DNA of 64,000 nt from Chloroflexota bacterium (GTDB lineage Bacteria > Chloroflexota > UBA6077 > SHYK01). Position 1 is the stretch's first letter; every line of letters begins with the position of its first letter. The position numbers were made by a program, and so were the translations under genes. The stretch spans positions 193,296 to 257,295 of the forward strand of contig SHYK01000002.1 in the NCBI GenBank assembly GCA_009692845.1, written 5' to 3'. Below, one piece after another: positions 1 to 9,006 of this stretch. The notes beneath the pieces are model-generated. The model ran no database searches. It saw only the letters and a list, made by a program, of their open reading frames with translations, and was not told the DNA's origin.

Positions 1-2
1 TC

Positions 3-344
3 GGCCGCGCGCTGCAAGGGAGAGGAGAATTCGATCCGGTGCGCTTGGAAGCCTACCGGGCCTACGCGCTTCAGGATCGGAGTAACGATCTCCCTGCGCT
101 TAGCGCTTGCCTGGAAGCTGGCTTGGGAGCTCCCCCCTGCGAGGAGTTGGCTATTTTCGGCGGCGAAGCCTTAATCGCGGTGGGGACCCGGGACCGCCGG
201 TTCGAAGTTAACCAGCGCCTGTCCGAATGCCTTCCGGGTGGTCGTTTTCTCGCCCTCGAAGAGGCTGACCACATGGGCGCCTTCAGCGATGAACGGTTCC
301 AGAGCGCGGTGGTCGGCTTCCTGGACGAGGTCAGCCCGCGCTAA
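3..344 (+). CDS. Alpha/beta hydrolase, C-terminal part (truncated by window edge)
   Basis: Frame open from base 3; 'LIAVGTRD' (acid) and 'LEEADHMG' (His) resemble the C-terminal catalytic strands of alpha/beta hydrolases. Confidence 0.55.
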   Translation, partial: GRALQGRGEFDPVRLEAYRAYALQDRSNDLPALSACLEAGLGAPPCEELAIFGGEALIAVGTRDRRFEVNQRLSECLPGGRFLALEEADHMGAFSDERFQSAVVGFLDEVSPR

Positions 345-475
345 AGAGCTTGGGGGGCAACCGCCGTGGGCACTAGCACTATCATCACGTCCAAGCGGGA
401 TCGCTTGTTCGCGACCAATTCAGAACCGAGGGCTACATTGAGGAGTTTGGTGAATTGACTTCCGGAGGGTCTGGA

Positions 476-1868
476 ATGATGCGTCGAGTTTTCCTTGGTC
501 TTCCGATCATCGCGGTGATCTGGGTCGGGTGCGGGTCCAGTGTGGCGACTCAAGGAGGGGCCTCACTGCGGGCTGAGGTTGCCGATGCCACTCTTCAAGC
601 CTCGACTCCGGCGAGTGGTGGAGATTTGCCGTCCAGCTACTCAGGAACAGTGAGTCCTGTGTGGACCCTCCCAATTGCCGCCAGGGTCTCAGGGACCATT
701 GTCGAGATCGGCACGGACGTCGGGAAGCACGTGAACCGGGATGACCTGATTGCGGTGGTCGACCATCGCAGCCTGGATGACCAGGTGGCGGAGGAGGAGG
801 CCAACGTTCGAGGAGCGCAGGCGCGTCTCAATCGCGTTCTGGCGGGAGCGCGGCCTGAGGAAATCGCTGGGGACGACGCCAACGCCGCCGCTTCAGCCGA
901 CCAGATCACGTCCGCGCAGGCGAACCTTGAGTTCGCTCGGCTGCGACTGGCGCTGGCGCAGGCGGGTGGAACTGCCGAAAGCGATCGCCCAAGCGGAGGC
1001 CAGACTCGACGGGGATAGGGCCGCACTCAGAAAGCTGGTGAACGGCCCCACCCAGTACGACCTGGCGTCGGCCAGGCTCGCGGTAAATGAGGCCAAGGAC
1101 AAGCTCTACGTCGACCAGACCTACTATGACTATCAGGTGTCGAAGCAGCAGGCGAGCGACCCTCAGAAGCAAGCGGGCCTGATCGCTGATAAGCTTGCTA
1201 TCGACCAGGCGATCAACGCTCTCGCCAGGATCACGGCGCCTGCGCGTGATGAGGATCTGGCTGTGGCACAAGCCGCGGTATCGGCCGGCCAGCAGACGGT
1301 AGCCCTGGCCAGGCAGCCATACCGCCCCGAGGAAATTGCGCAGTTCGAGCAGGCCGTAGTTGCCAGCCAGGGGCAGCTCGATCAAGCCCAGCACCAGGCC
1401 GACGCCTCCGCGTTGTCAGCGGCAAGGACGGCGCGTCCCTTCACGGTGTACGACGTCGCCGAGGCCAGGGCAACCGTCGACCACGCTCAAGCGACCCTCC
1501 GCGGCGCGCAAAACGCTCGCCTGGACGCGACGGTCACGGCCCCGGCCAGCGGCACCATCCGGGATCTTCCGATCATAGTTGGATTGCTCGTCGGTCGATC
1601 CGACCCCATCGCTACATTGATTTCCGATGATCTACAGATTGTGATCAACGTGGAGGAGACGCAGATCGGTAAGGTGCGCGAAGGGCAGGCCGTGACAGTA
1701 ACCACGCCGACTGGGAGCGAGGTCCCGGGCGAGATATTTCAGATCGCCCTTGCTCTCGATCCGAAGACCGGCGGGTTTCCCGTGAAGGTACGGCCTTTCA
1801 ACGCTAGCGGCCTGCGCTTGGGGATGAGCGTCAAGGTGGCGGTTGATTCGTCGGGGGCATCTCGATGA
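476..1868 (+). pseudogene. HlyD/RND-type periplasmic adaptor lipoprotein, split by a +1 frameshift at 978-980
   Basis: Lipobox-like 'IWVGC'; lipoyl half-motifs 'IAARVSGTIVEI' (ORF 455-1018) and 'VTAPASGTI' (ORF 750-1868); long coiled coil. Removing one A from GCCGAAAGCG gives continuous ...GGTAEAIAQAEARL. Confidence 0.75.
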
Positions 1869-2120
1869 GTACGTTGCGGGTCGGCGGAGGGTAAGCTCCG
1901 CCTTCTGGGCCTAGTTCCACCATCTGAGAACGCCGCGGACATTATCCGAGAAGTCTAGAGGCCAGCGCAGCTTGACGGCCAACAGATCCTGCTGGATGCG
2001 CCATGTCATTGGCGCTATCTCCGAGGCCCGCCACTCCCGACTGTTTCGGAGGCTCAGCGAGCATCTAGTCAGCGCACCAGGCTCCGAGTATCCTGCCGAT
2101 GTCGCGAAGCAGGAGGACCA

Positions 2121-3659
2121 GTGATGGAAGGCGAAGACGAACTCGAAGAGGCCACGATTGCCGGGCTACAGGTCCAGCTAGGCTCGGGTGAACTGACGGC
2201 CCGACAACTGGTCGAGCGATTACTGGAGCGGATCGAAGCCATCGATCACAGCGGACCGACCCTCCGGAGCGTTATTGAGGTGAACCCGGACGTCATCAAT
2301 ATCGCGGATGCTCTCGATCGCGAGCGCGCTGAGCGCGGACCGCGTGGACCGCTGCATGGGATTCCTATCCTGCTTAAAGACAATATCGACACGGCCGACC
2401 GAATGCAGACCACGGCCGGATCGCTCGCCCTGCTGGGGATTCCAGTTTCGCAAGACGCCACCGCGGCGAAGCGCCTGCGAGATGCGGGCGCGATTCTGCT
2501 GGGCAAGTCGAATCTCAGCGAGTGGGCCAATTTCCGCTCTACTCGTTCGTCGGGTGGATGGAGCGGGCGGGGCCGCCAGACTCGAAATCCGTACGTCCTC
2601 GACCGGAATCCGGGCGGGTCCAGCTCGGGCTCAGCCGTGGCGGTCTCCGCCAACCTGGTGATGGCAGCTCTGGGTACCGAGACTGATGGGTCGATCATGA
2701 GCCCGTCCTCGGTGTGCGGCGTGGTCGGGATTAAGCCCACGGTCGGCCGCACCAGCCGAGCCGGCGTGATTCCTATCTCTCATTCCCAGGACAGCGTCGG
2801 ACCGCACGCTCGAACGGTCGCTGACGCTGCCATGGTCCTTGCGGCCATCATTGGCCCGGATGGTCGGGATCCTGCTACATCGTCGGCGCCAGCGCTCGGG
2901 GACCTCACCGGTAGGCTTGACCCGGAGGGACTACGAGGCGCGCGAATTGGAGTCCTTCGCAAGCTCCACACCGGCTTGAGCGAGCACGCGGACAAGGTTT
3001 TCGAGGAGAGCCTCGCCGTCTTGCGGGGCTGCCGGGTTGAGCTGGTCGACGAGGTCGAGATTCCGGGCGAAGCCGACCTCCGAGAGAACTTCGGCGACTC
3101 CGACGTCCGGGCAGAAATGCTCGTGATGGAATACGAGTTCAAGGCTGGAATCGAAGCCTACCTCGCTACGCGTCCCGGCGCCGAGGCTCGTACCCTGGCC
3201 GACTTGATCCGTTTCAACGAGGAGCATGCGGCCGAGGAAATGCCATATTTCGGGCAGGAACGATGGCTATCCGCCGCCGGCCGGGGTCCGTTGACGGATG
3301 AACTTTATCTGAAGGCCCGCGAGCAGAGTCGGCAGTTTCGGGATGGGCTCACTGAATTCTTCCGAGAGCAACGTTTCGATGCGCTGGTGCTACCCACCAA
3401 CGCACCTCCCCCGCCCATTGACTTGCTTCACACCACCCGTCCTCTCGGAGTGTCCGGTGCGCAGGCAGCGGCGGTGGCCGGGTTCCCGCTGATCACGGTT
3501 CCAGCGGGATTCGTGTTCGACTTGCTGCCAATCGGGCTGACCTTTTTAGGACCAGCCTGGAGCGAAATGGCCCTGATCCGGTTCGCTTTTGCCTTCGAGC
3601 AGGCCAACCCGGTTCGGCGCCCGCCCCGGTTCGTAAGAACGACCGCCGATCTCCCGTAG
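2121..3659 (+). CDS. Amidase (amidase signature family)
   Basis: 'GPLHGIPILLKDNI', 'PGGSSSGSAVAV', 'GTETDGSI' (Lys-cisSer-Ser triad); AGGAGG RBS at 2111-2116. Confidence 0.93.
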   Translation: MMEGEDELEEATIAGLQVQLGSGELTARQLVERLLERIEAIDHSGPTLRSVIEVNPDVINIADALDRERAERGPRGPLHGIPILLKDNIDTADRMQTTAGSLALLGIPVSQDATAAKRLRDAGAILLGKSNLSEWANFRSTRSSGGWSGRGRQTRNPYVLDRNPGGSSSGSAVAVSANLVMAALGTETDGSIMSPSSVCGVVGIKPTVGRTSRAGVIPISHSQDSVGPHARTVADAAMVLAAIIGPDGRDPATSSAPALGDLTGRLDPEGLRGARIGVLRKLHTGLSEHADKVFEESLAVLRGCRVELVDEVEIPGEADLRENFGDSDVRAEMLVMEYEFKAGIEAYLATRPGAEARTLADLIRFNEEHAAEEMPYFGQERWLSAAGRGPLTDELYLKAREQSRQFRDGLTEFFREQRFDALVLPTNAPPPPIDLLHTTRPLGVSGAQAAAVAGFPLITVPAGFVFDLLPIGLTFLGPAWSEMALIRFAFAFEQANPVRRPPRFVRTTADLP

Positions 3660-3766
3660 GCCTGACGGGACGCACCTGACGGCTCTCGTCGTAGGTTGGC
3701 CCAAGCGACAGCATTAATGACCGGCGCAGCGATTCCCTGGCCGAGGGAGATTGCCAGCCGCGATTC

Positions 3767-3772
3767 TATAAT
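3767..3772 (+). promoter_or_regulatory. Putative sigma70 -10 box (TATAAT) upstream of larB operon
   Basis: Perfect TATAAT about 30 nt upstream of probable GTG start in GC-rich DNA; no clear -35. Confidence 0.4.
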
Positions 3773-3803
3773 CGGCTGAACATCCGGTTTGAACGGAGAC
3801 TTT

Positions 3804-4568
3804 GTGCTCGACCCGTTTTCTGCATTGCGCGAATCCCTCGCGGCCGGCCCGTCCCCCACCGAGTCGGAGATCACTCCGGACTTCGATCGAGACGTCCGCA
3901 CAGGCGTTCCGGAAGTGATCCTCGGTGAGGGAAAATCCATCGCGATGGTGGTCGACGTGGCGCGCCGCTTTCTCGACCGGCGCGGCCGTGCCATCATCAG
4001 TCGCACCAAGCTCCGGCTGACCCGCGCCCTCCAGGAGGAATTCCGCGACGACGTGGTCGAGACTTATCGTCAGGCCCGCATGGTGGTCGTGCGACGGCAA
4101 GATTTTCCCGTCGCCACCGGTGACGGCAAGGTGGGCATCGTGACTGCCGGCACCTCGGATGTTGGCGTTGCCGAAGAAGCTCAGGTCATCGCCCAGGAGA
4201 TGGGCTGCGTCACCCGCTTGGCTGCCGATGTCGGTGTTGCGGGGCTGCACCGGCTGGTGAGTCCCTTGCAGGACATGCTGGGCTGGGGAGCGGACGCCAT
4301 CATCGTGGCGGCGGGGATGGACGGGGCGCTGCCGTCCGTGGTGGCCGGCCTCGTGGATGTGCCAGTGATCGGGCTACCTACGTCCCGGGGCTACGGCGTT
4401 GGGGGAGCTGGAGTTGCCGCGCTCTTGAGCATGCTGCAGAGCTGTGTCCCCGGCCTGGTCGTGGTGAATGTCGACAACGGCATCGGGGCCGGTGCGAGCG
4501 CGGCCCGGATCGCCAATCACATCGCGGCGGCGCGGGCCGAGCGGCTCGTTCAGCACGGAGTCCGGTGA
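3804..4568 (+). CDS. larB: Nickel-pincer cofactor biosynthesis protein LarB (PurE-like carboxylase/hydrolase)
   Basis: 'RTGVPEVILGEGK', 'TAGTSD', 'DVGVAGLHRL', 'AGMDGALPSVV', 'PTSRGYG', 'VVNVDNG'; GTG at 3804 after GGAGA. Confidence 0.92.
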   Translation: MLDPFSALRESLAAGPSPTESEITPDFDRDVRTGVPEVILGEGKSIAMVVDVARRFLDRRGRAIISRTKLRLTRALQEEFRDDVVETYRQARMVVVRRQDFPVATGDGKVGIVTAGTSDVGVAEEAQVIAQEMGCVTRLAADVGVAGLHRLVSPLQDMLGWGADAIIVAAGMDGALPSVVAGLVDVPVIGLPTSRGYGVGGAGVAALLSMLQSCVPGLVVVNVDNGIGAGASAARIANHIAAARAERLVQHGVR

Positions 4569-5995
4569 GCTTGGTCGAGGCGCTGCCTCCGACAATTGCG
4601 CGCGAGTCGATCCGCCCCTGGGATTTGCCTCCACCCGATCCCGGCGAGTCGCCAGAGTACTGGGCGGCCGTCCGCCGCATCTACGCCTATTCAGAAGCCC
4701 ACCGAACTCCAGCCGAGGTCGCGCTCGCCCAAACTCGCAAGATCGACCGAATGCGGGTGCTCCTCCAGCTTTTGGGTACGCCGCAGGCAGCTTTCTCGAC
4801 CATTCTGGTGGCGGGGACCAAGGGCAAAGGCTCTATGACTGCGGTCCTCACCTCGATCCTGGCGGCGGGGGGTTATCGGGTCGGCCGATATACCCAGCCG
4901 CATCTGTACAGTTATCGCGAACGCATCTGGGCGGCTGGCGACTACGTCACCGAGGCGGAACTGGTCGATGAGCTGGAGGCCATGGAGGATGCGCTGGCGA
5001 TAGTAGAGCGCCAACGGTCTGAGCTGGGCCCGCTCACCACCTTTGACGTGGGCACGGCGCTCACCGTGCTCCATTTCGCGCGCGCGCGAGTGCAGCTCGG
5101 GGTGGTGGAAGTCGGAGTCGGGGGCGCCAATGATGCGACGAACGCCCTCGAGCCGATCTCGTCGCTGGTAGGTCCGGTCGGCCTGGACCACGTCCAGCTG
5201 CTGGGCAACAGCCTCACTGAGGTGGCCACGCAGAAGATCGGAGTGGCCCGGCGGGGCATCGACGTCGTGATTGGGGCACAGGAAACGGAAGCCCGAGCAG
5301 CGCTACAAGTCGGTGCCGCTGCAGTGGGCGCTCGCTTGCACGAGCTGGGAAAAGACTTCGGCTGGTCCGCCGATGATCCCTGCTCGGGCCCGTTCGAGTT
5401 TCGTGGCCAGGGCTGCTGGTCAGAGCTCGATACGCCGCTGGTCGGCCGGTTTCAGCGGGACAACATTTCCGTGGCGATGGCCGCCGCCGAAAGACTCCGC
5501 GCTCAGGGCTGGCCCCTGTCGGATGAGGCGATCCGGGCAGGTGTGGCTCAAGTCCACTGGCCGGGACGGTTTCAGTCGGTGGTGCTCGATCCATTGACGA
5601 TAGTCGATGGGGCCCACAATCAGACGTCGGCGAGGGCGCTGGCGGAGACCATTCGGGAGTATCTGGGTGATCGTCCGGTTACCCTCGTACTCGGAATGAC
5701 TGACACCAAGGACATCCCGGCGATCCTGAGCGAGCTCGCGCCGGTGGCTCGGGAAGCGATCATCACCCGATCTTCACATCCGCAGGGGAGAGCCCCGGAG
5801 GAGGTCCTGGTGGCCGCTCGCAACGCCGGGCTGAGCTGTCGGGTGGTGCCGAGCCCTAGCGAGGCGGTGTTGGCGGCGTGGGCGGAACAGCGCAATGATG
5901 GCGTGACCATAGTGACCGGGTCATTGTTCCTAGCGGGAGATGTCCTGGCCTGGTTGCGCCAGATGGCCCCGGAGGCAGTTACCCGAAATGGTTGA
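4565..5995 (+). CDS. folC: FolC-family folylpolyglutamate/dihydrofolate synthase-like ligase
   Basis: P-loop 'VAGTKGKGS', 'YTQPHL', 'EVGVGGANDATN', 'WPGRFQ', 'DGAHN', 'VTGSLFL'; GTGA overlap with larB. Confidence 0.85.
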   Translation: MSLVEALPPTIARESIRPWDLPPPDPGESPEYWAAVRRIYAYSEAHRTPAEVALAQTRKIDRMRVLLQLLGTPQAAFSTILVAGTKGKGSMTAVLTSILAAGGYRVGRYTQPHLYSYRERIWAAGDYVTEAELVDELEAMEDALAIVERQRSELGPLTTFDVGTALTVLHFARARVQLGVVEVGVGGANDATNALEPISSLVGPVGLDHVQLLGNSLTEVATQKIGVARRGIDVVIGAQETEARAALQVGAAAVGARLHELGKDFGWSADDPCSGPFEFRGQGCWSELDTPLVGRFQRDNISVAMAAAERLRAQGWPLSDEAIRAGVAQVHWPGRFQSVVLDPLTIVDGAHNQTSARALAETIREYLGDRPVTLVLGMTDTKDIPAILSELAPVAREAIITRSSHPQGRAPEEVLVAARNAGLSCRVVPSPSEAVLAAWAEQRNDGVTIVTGSLFLAGDVLAWLRQMAPEAVTRNG

Positions 5996-7178
5996 CGCGC
6001 AGCGCGGGCGGGCCGCGTTTTTCGACTGCTTCAGCGGCGCGAGCGGTGATATGGTGCTCGGTGCACTGGTCGACGCGGGCTTGAGCGTTGATCTCCTGCG
6101 GGCGGAGCTTCAGAAGCTGCCCTTCGATGGCTGGTCACTTGAAGCGAGCCGGGCGACCCGGTCCGGGTTAGCGGGAACCCAGGTCAAAGTGCGGGTCGAG
6201 AAGCCCGAACCCGGGCATCGCAATCTGGGCGACGTCGAGCAGATCCTTCGCGCCAGCACGCTGCCCGGCCGAATCACCGATCGGGCACTAGAAGTCTTTC
6301 GCCGGCTGGCTCGGGCGGAGGGACGTGTTCATGGCCTCCCTGCCGACGAGGTCCATTTCCACGATGTGGGAGCAATCGACGCCATTGTGGACATCACGGG
6401 GGCGATGATCGGCCTCGACGCGCTCGGCATCGAGCGGGTCTTTGCGTCGAGTCTTCCGATGGGTCTGGGCAGCATCCCGAGCGCCCACGGCACGCTGCCC
6501 CTGCCGGCGCCCGCAACCCTGGAGTTGATCGCGGAGGCTCGGGCGCCCACCCGACCGTTTCCTACCGAGATGGAGCTGGTGACCCCCACCGGCGCGGCCA
6601 TCCTCACCACCGTGGCCGAGTTCAGGCAGCCCGCTTTGACCCTGGAGCGCATCGGGGTGGGCGTCGGTGGCCGCGATCTGCCCTGGCCAAATGTGCTCCG
6701 TCTCTGGCTGGGCACGATGGCCGAGCATGATGCGTACACTGGTGAAGTGACTGTCATCGAGACGAATCTGGACGACAGCTCGCCCGAGCAGCTGGGCTTC
6801 GCCATGGAGCGATTGTTCGAGGCCGGGGCGTTGGATGTTTTCTTTACCCCCGCCCAGATGAAAAAGAATCGACCGGGGGTCGTGCTGACCGTCTTGGCGT
6901 CGCCCGCCCAAGCTGACTATTTGGCACAACTGATCTTGCGCGAAACGAGCTCGCTAGGCGTGCGTTTCCGGGGTGCCCAGCGTCTGATGGCCCCCCGGCG
7001 CTCAGGAGAGGTCGACACTGCATTTGGCCCGATTCAAGTCAAAGTGAAAAGTATTGACGGCGAAGAGGTCATAGCGCCAGAGTACGAGGACTGCGCACGG
7101 GTTGCCCGGGCACGGGGTGTACCCATCGGGACCGTCTACGCGGCGGCACTGACGGCCGGTGCCCTGGGCGCCAGGTGA
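5988..7178 (+). CDS. larC: Nickel-pincer cofactor Ni insertase LarC
   Basis: 'FDCFSGASGDMVLGALVD', 'VHFHDVGAIDAIVDI', 'PAPATLEL', 'ELVTPTGAAIL', 'ETNLDD', 'MKKNRPG', 'PEYEDC'; ATG at 5988. Confidence 0.94.
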   Translation: MVDAQRGRAAFFDCFSGASGDMVLGALVDAGLSVDLLRAELQKLPFDGWSLEASRATRSGLAGTQVKVRVEKPEPGHRNLGDVEQILRASTLPGRITDRALEVFRRLARAEGRVHGLPADEVHFHDVGAIDAIVDITGAMIGLDALGIERVFASSLPMGLGSIPSAHGTLPLPAPATLELIAEARAPTRPFPTEMELVTPTGAAILTTVAEFRQPALTLERIGVGVGGRDLPWPNVLRLWLGTMAEHDAYTGEVTVIETNLDDSSPEQLGFAMERLFEAGALDVFFTPAQMKKNRPGVVLTVLASPAQADYLAQLILRETSSLGVRFRGAQRLMAPRRSGEVDTAFGPIQVKVKSIDGEEVIAPEYEDCARVARARGVPIGTVYAAALTAGALGAR

Positions 7179-8140
7179 CGGGAACGCCCCTGGCGTCAGG
7201 CGAGCCTCTGGTCAGTGTCGTGGTGCCCAATTTCAATGGCGAAAGATTGATCAGGGACTGTCTCACCTCCGTTCTGGGCCAGACCTATCCGCGGGTAGAG
7301 TGCCTGGTCGTGGATGACGGCTCGACCGATGGCTCAGTTGCAATCATTGAGGCGGAGTTCCCCGAGGTGCTCCTGGTTCGCAGGGGCCAGAACGGCGGAT
7401 TCGCCCGAGCGGCCAACGACGGTTTGCGAAAGGCCCAGGGAGAGATTATCGCCCTGCTCAATAACGACGCGGCCGCTGGACCCACCTGGGTCGAGCAAAT
7501 CGTGGCGACGTTTCGCCGCCATCCCGAGGCGGGATCGGTGGCAACCAAGATGGTGCTGTGGGACTCGCCGCGGATCATCAACTCGGCTGGAGACCTGTTC
7601 CGACGAAACGGTGTCCCGGATAGCCGGGGTGTCTGGGAGACCGATGCCGGGCAGTATGACCAAGAGGTAGAGGTCTTCGGGGCATCGGGTGGGGCGGGAG
7701 CCTATCGGCGCCAAATGCTGGACGAGATCGGCTACTTTGACGAGCGATTCTTCATGTACTGCGAGGACGTCGATCTCGCTTTTCGCGCCCAGACCAAAGG
7801 ATTCAAGTGCATCTACGCGCCGGAAGCAGTCGTTCGCCACCGGCTCAGCGCCACGGGTGGCGGTCCGCTGGCCAGCTATCAATGCGGACGCAATTTCATC
7901 TGGATCCTGGCCAGGGATTTCCCCGCTTTGGCCTGGCGCCGCTACTGGCCACGTGTTCTGATGACGCAGCTCGGTTTGGCCTGGCAGGCGGTTTCCCATT
8001 TGCGAGAACCGGCCGCGAGGGCGCGCCTGCGAGGCCAATTCGCCGGATTGCGCACCATGCCTCAGTTCGTGGCCGAGCGTCGGATGTGGGCGCAGGGCCG
8101 CCGGGTGTCTGACGACTACCTCGTTGCTCTCCTGACGTGA
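7175..8140 (+). CDS. Glycosyltransferase family 2
   Basis: 'VSVVVPNFNG', 'VDDGSTDGS', 'LLNNDA', 'FFMYCEDVDL'. Confidence 0.92.
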   Translation: MTGTPLASGEPLVSVVVPNFNGERLIRDCLTSVLGQTYPRVECLVVDDGSTDGSVAIIEAEFPEVLLVRRGQNGGFARAANDGLRKAQGEIIALLNNDAAAGPTWVEQIVATFRRHPEAGSVATKMVLWDSPRIINSAGDLFRRNGVPDSRGVWETDAGQYDQEVEVFGASGGAGAYRRQMLDEIGYFDERFFMYCEDVDLAFRAQTKGFKCIYAPEAVVRHRLSATGGGPLASYQCGRNFIWILARDFPALAWRRYWPRVLMTQLGLAWQAVSHLREPAARARLRGQFAGLRTMPQFVAERRMWAQGRRVSDDYLVALLT

Positions 8141-8880
8141 CGGAGACCCCACCCCGAAACGTTGACCTCTCGATTGTGATCCCGGCTTACAACGAGGCGG
8201 ATCGACTGCCCCCGACGATCGATCAGCTGCTGATCTACCTGGATACTCAGGCCTGGTCGGCCGAGATCGTGATTGTCGAGAACGGAAGCACGGACGGAAC
8301 TTTGGAGGTGGCCCAAAGCCTGGCCGCGCGGGACGTCCGGATTCGAGCGCTCCATCTCGACGGTCGAGGAAAGGGCCTGGCGGTGCGGGCGGGCATGCTG
8401 GCCGCTTTCGGCAAGTACCTGCTGGAGTTCGACGCCGACGCTTCGGTGCCGGCGGATCAAATTCCGGCGCTATTGAAGGAGCTAGATGCGGGGGCCGATA
8501 TCGCCATCGGCTCTCGAGAGGCGGCCGGGGCCCAGCGCGTCGGTGAGCCCTCCCATCGTCACTTAATGGGGAGGGTGTTCAACCTGCTGGTGCGTTGGTT
8601 GGCCCTACCTGGCATCAGCGACAGCCAATGCGGTTTCAAAGCCTTCCGTCGGTCGGCCGCCCAGGACCTCTTCCAACGCCAGCTGATCGACGGCTGGGGT
8701 TTTGACGTCGAGATCCTGTACATCGCTCGGTCCCGGGGATACCGGATCCAGGAAGTACCGGTGGTCTGGTACTACGGGACTTCCAGCAAGATCGAAGGGC
8801 GGCTGGTGCATAATACTTTCGCTATGCTGAAGGAATTACTGGTGATTCGTCGTAACGCCATGCGCGGCCGCTACGTCTAA
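8137..8880 (+). CDS. Polyprenol/dolichol-phosphate sugar synthase (GT2, DPM1/ALG5-like)
   Basis: 'LSIVIPAYNE', 'GKGLAVRAG', 'DAD', 'DSQCGFKAF', 'GWGFDVEIL'. Confidence 0.88.
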   Translation: MTETPPRNVDLSIVIPAYNEADRLPPTIDQLLIYLDTQAWSAEIVIVENGSTDGTLEVAQSLAARDVRIRALHLDGRGKGLAVRAGMLAAFGKYLLEFDADASVPADQIPALLKELDAGADIAIGSREAAGAQRVGEPSHRHLMGRVFNLLVRWLALPGISDSQCGFKAFRRSAAQDLFQRQLIDGWGFDVEILYIARSRGYRIQEVPVVWYYGTSSKIEGRLVHNTFAMLKELLVIRRNAMRGRYV

Positions 8881-8904
8881 GCTCCCCGAATAGTGCGTCG
8901 AACA

Positions 8905-8932
8905 GGGGGGCATTTGCCCCCCTTCATTTTTT
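8905..8932 (+). terminator. Rho-independent terminator ending the larB...GT2 operon
   Basis: GGGGGGC-ATTT-GCCCCCC stem followed by TTCATTTTTT. Confidence 0.7.
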
Positions 8933-9006
8933 GGCGACGGCGCCAAGAACGCAATTTTCATTCGTCGTCAGCGCCCTTAGGCGGATGACCAAGCCAGGAG
9001 AAACAG

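Noticed and set aside
8881-9006. T-box or SAM riboswitch upstream of metG
   Set aside because: The region is short and lacks T-box (AAGGTGGTACC-like) and SAM-I consensus; only a terminator hairpin is evident
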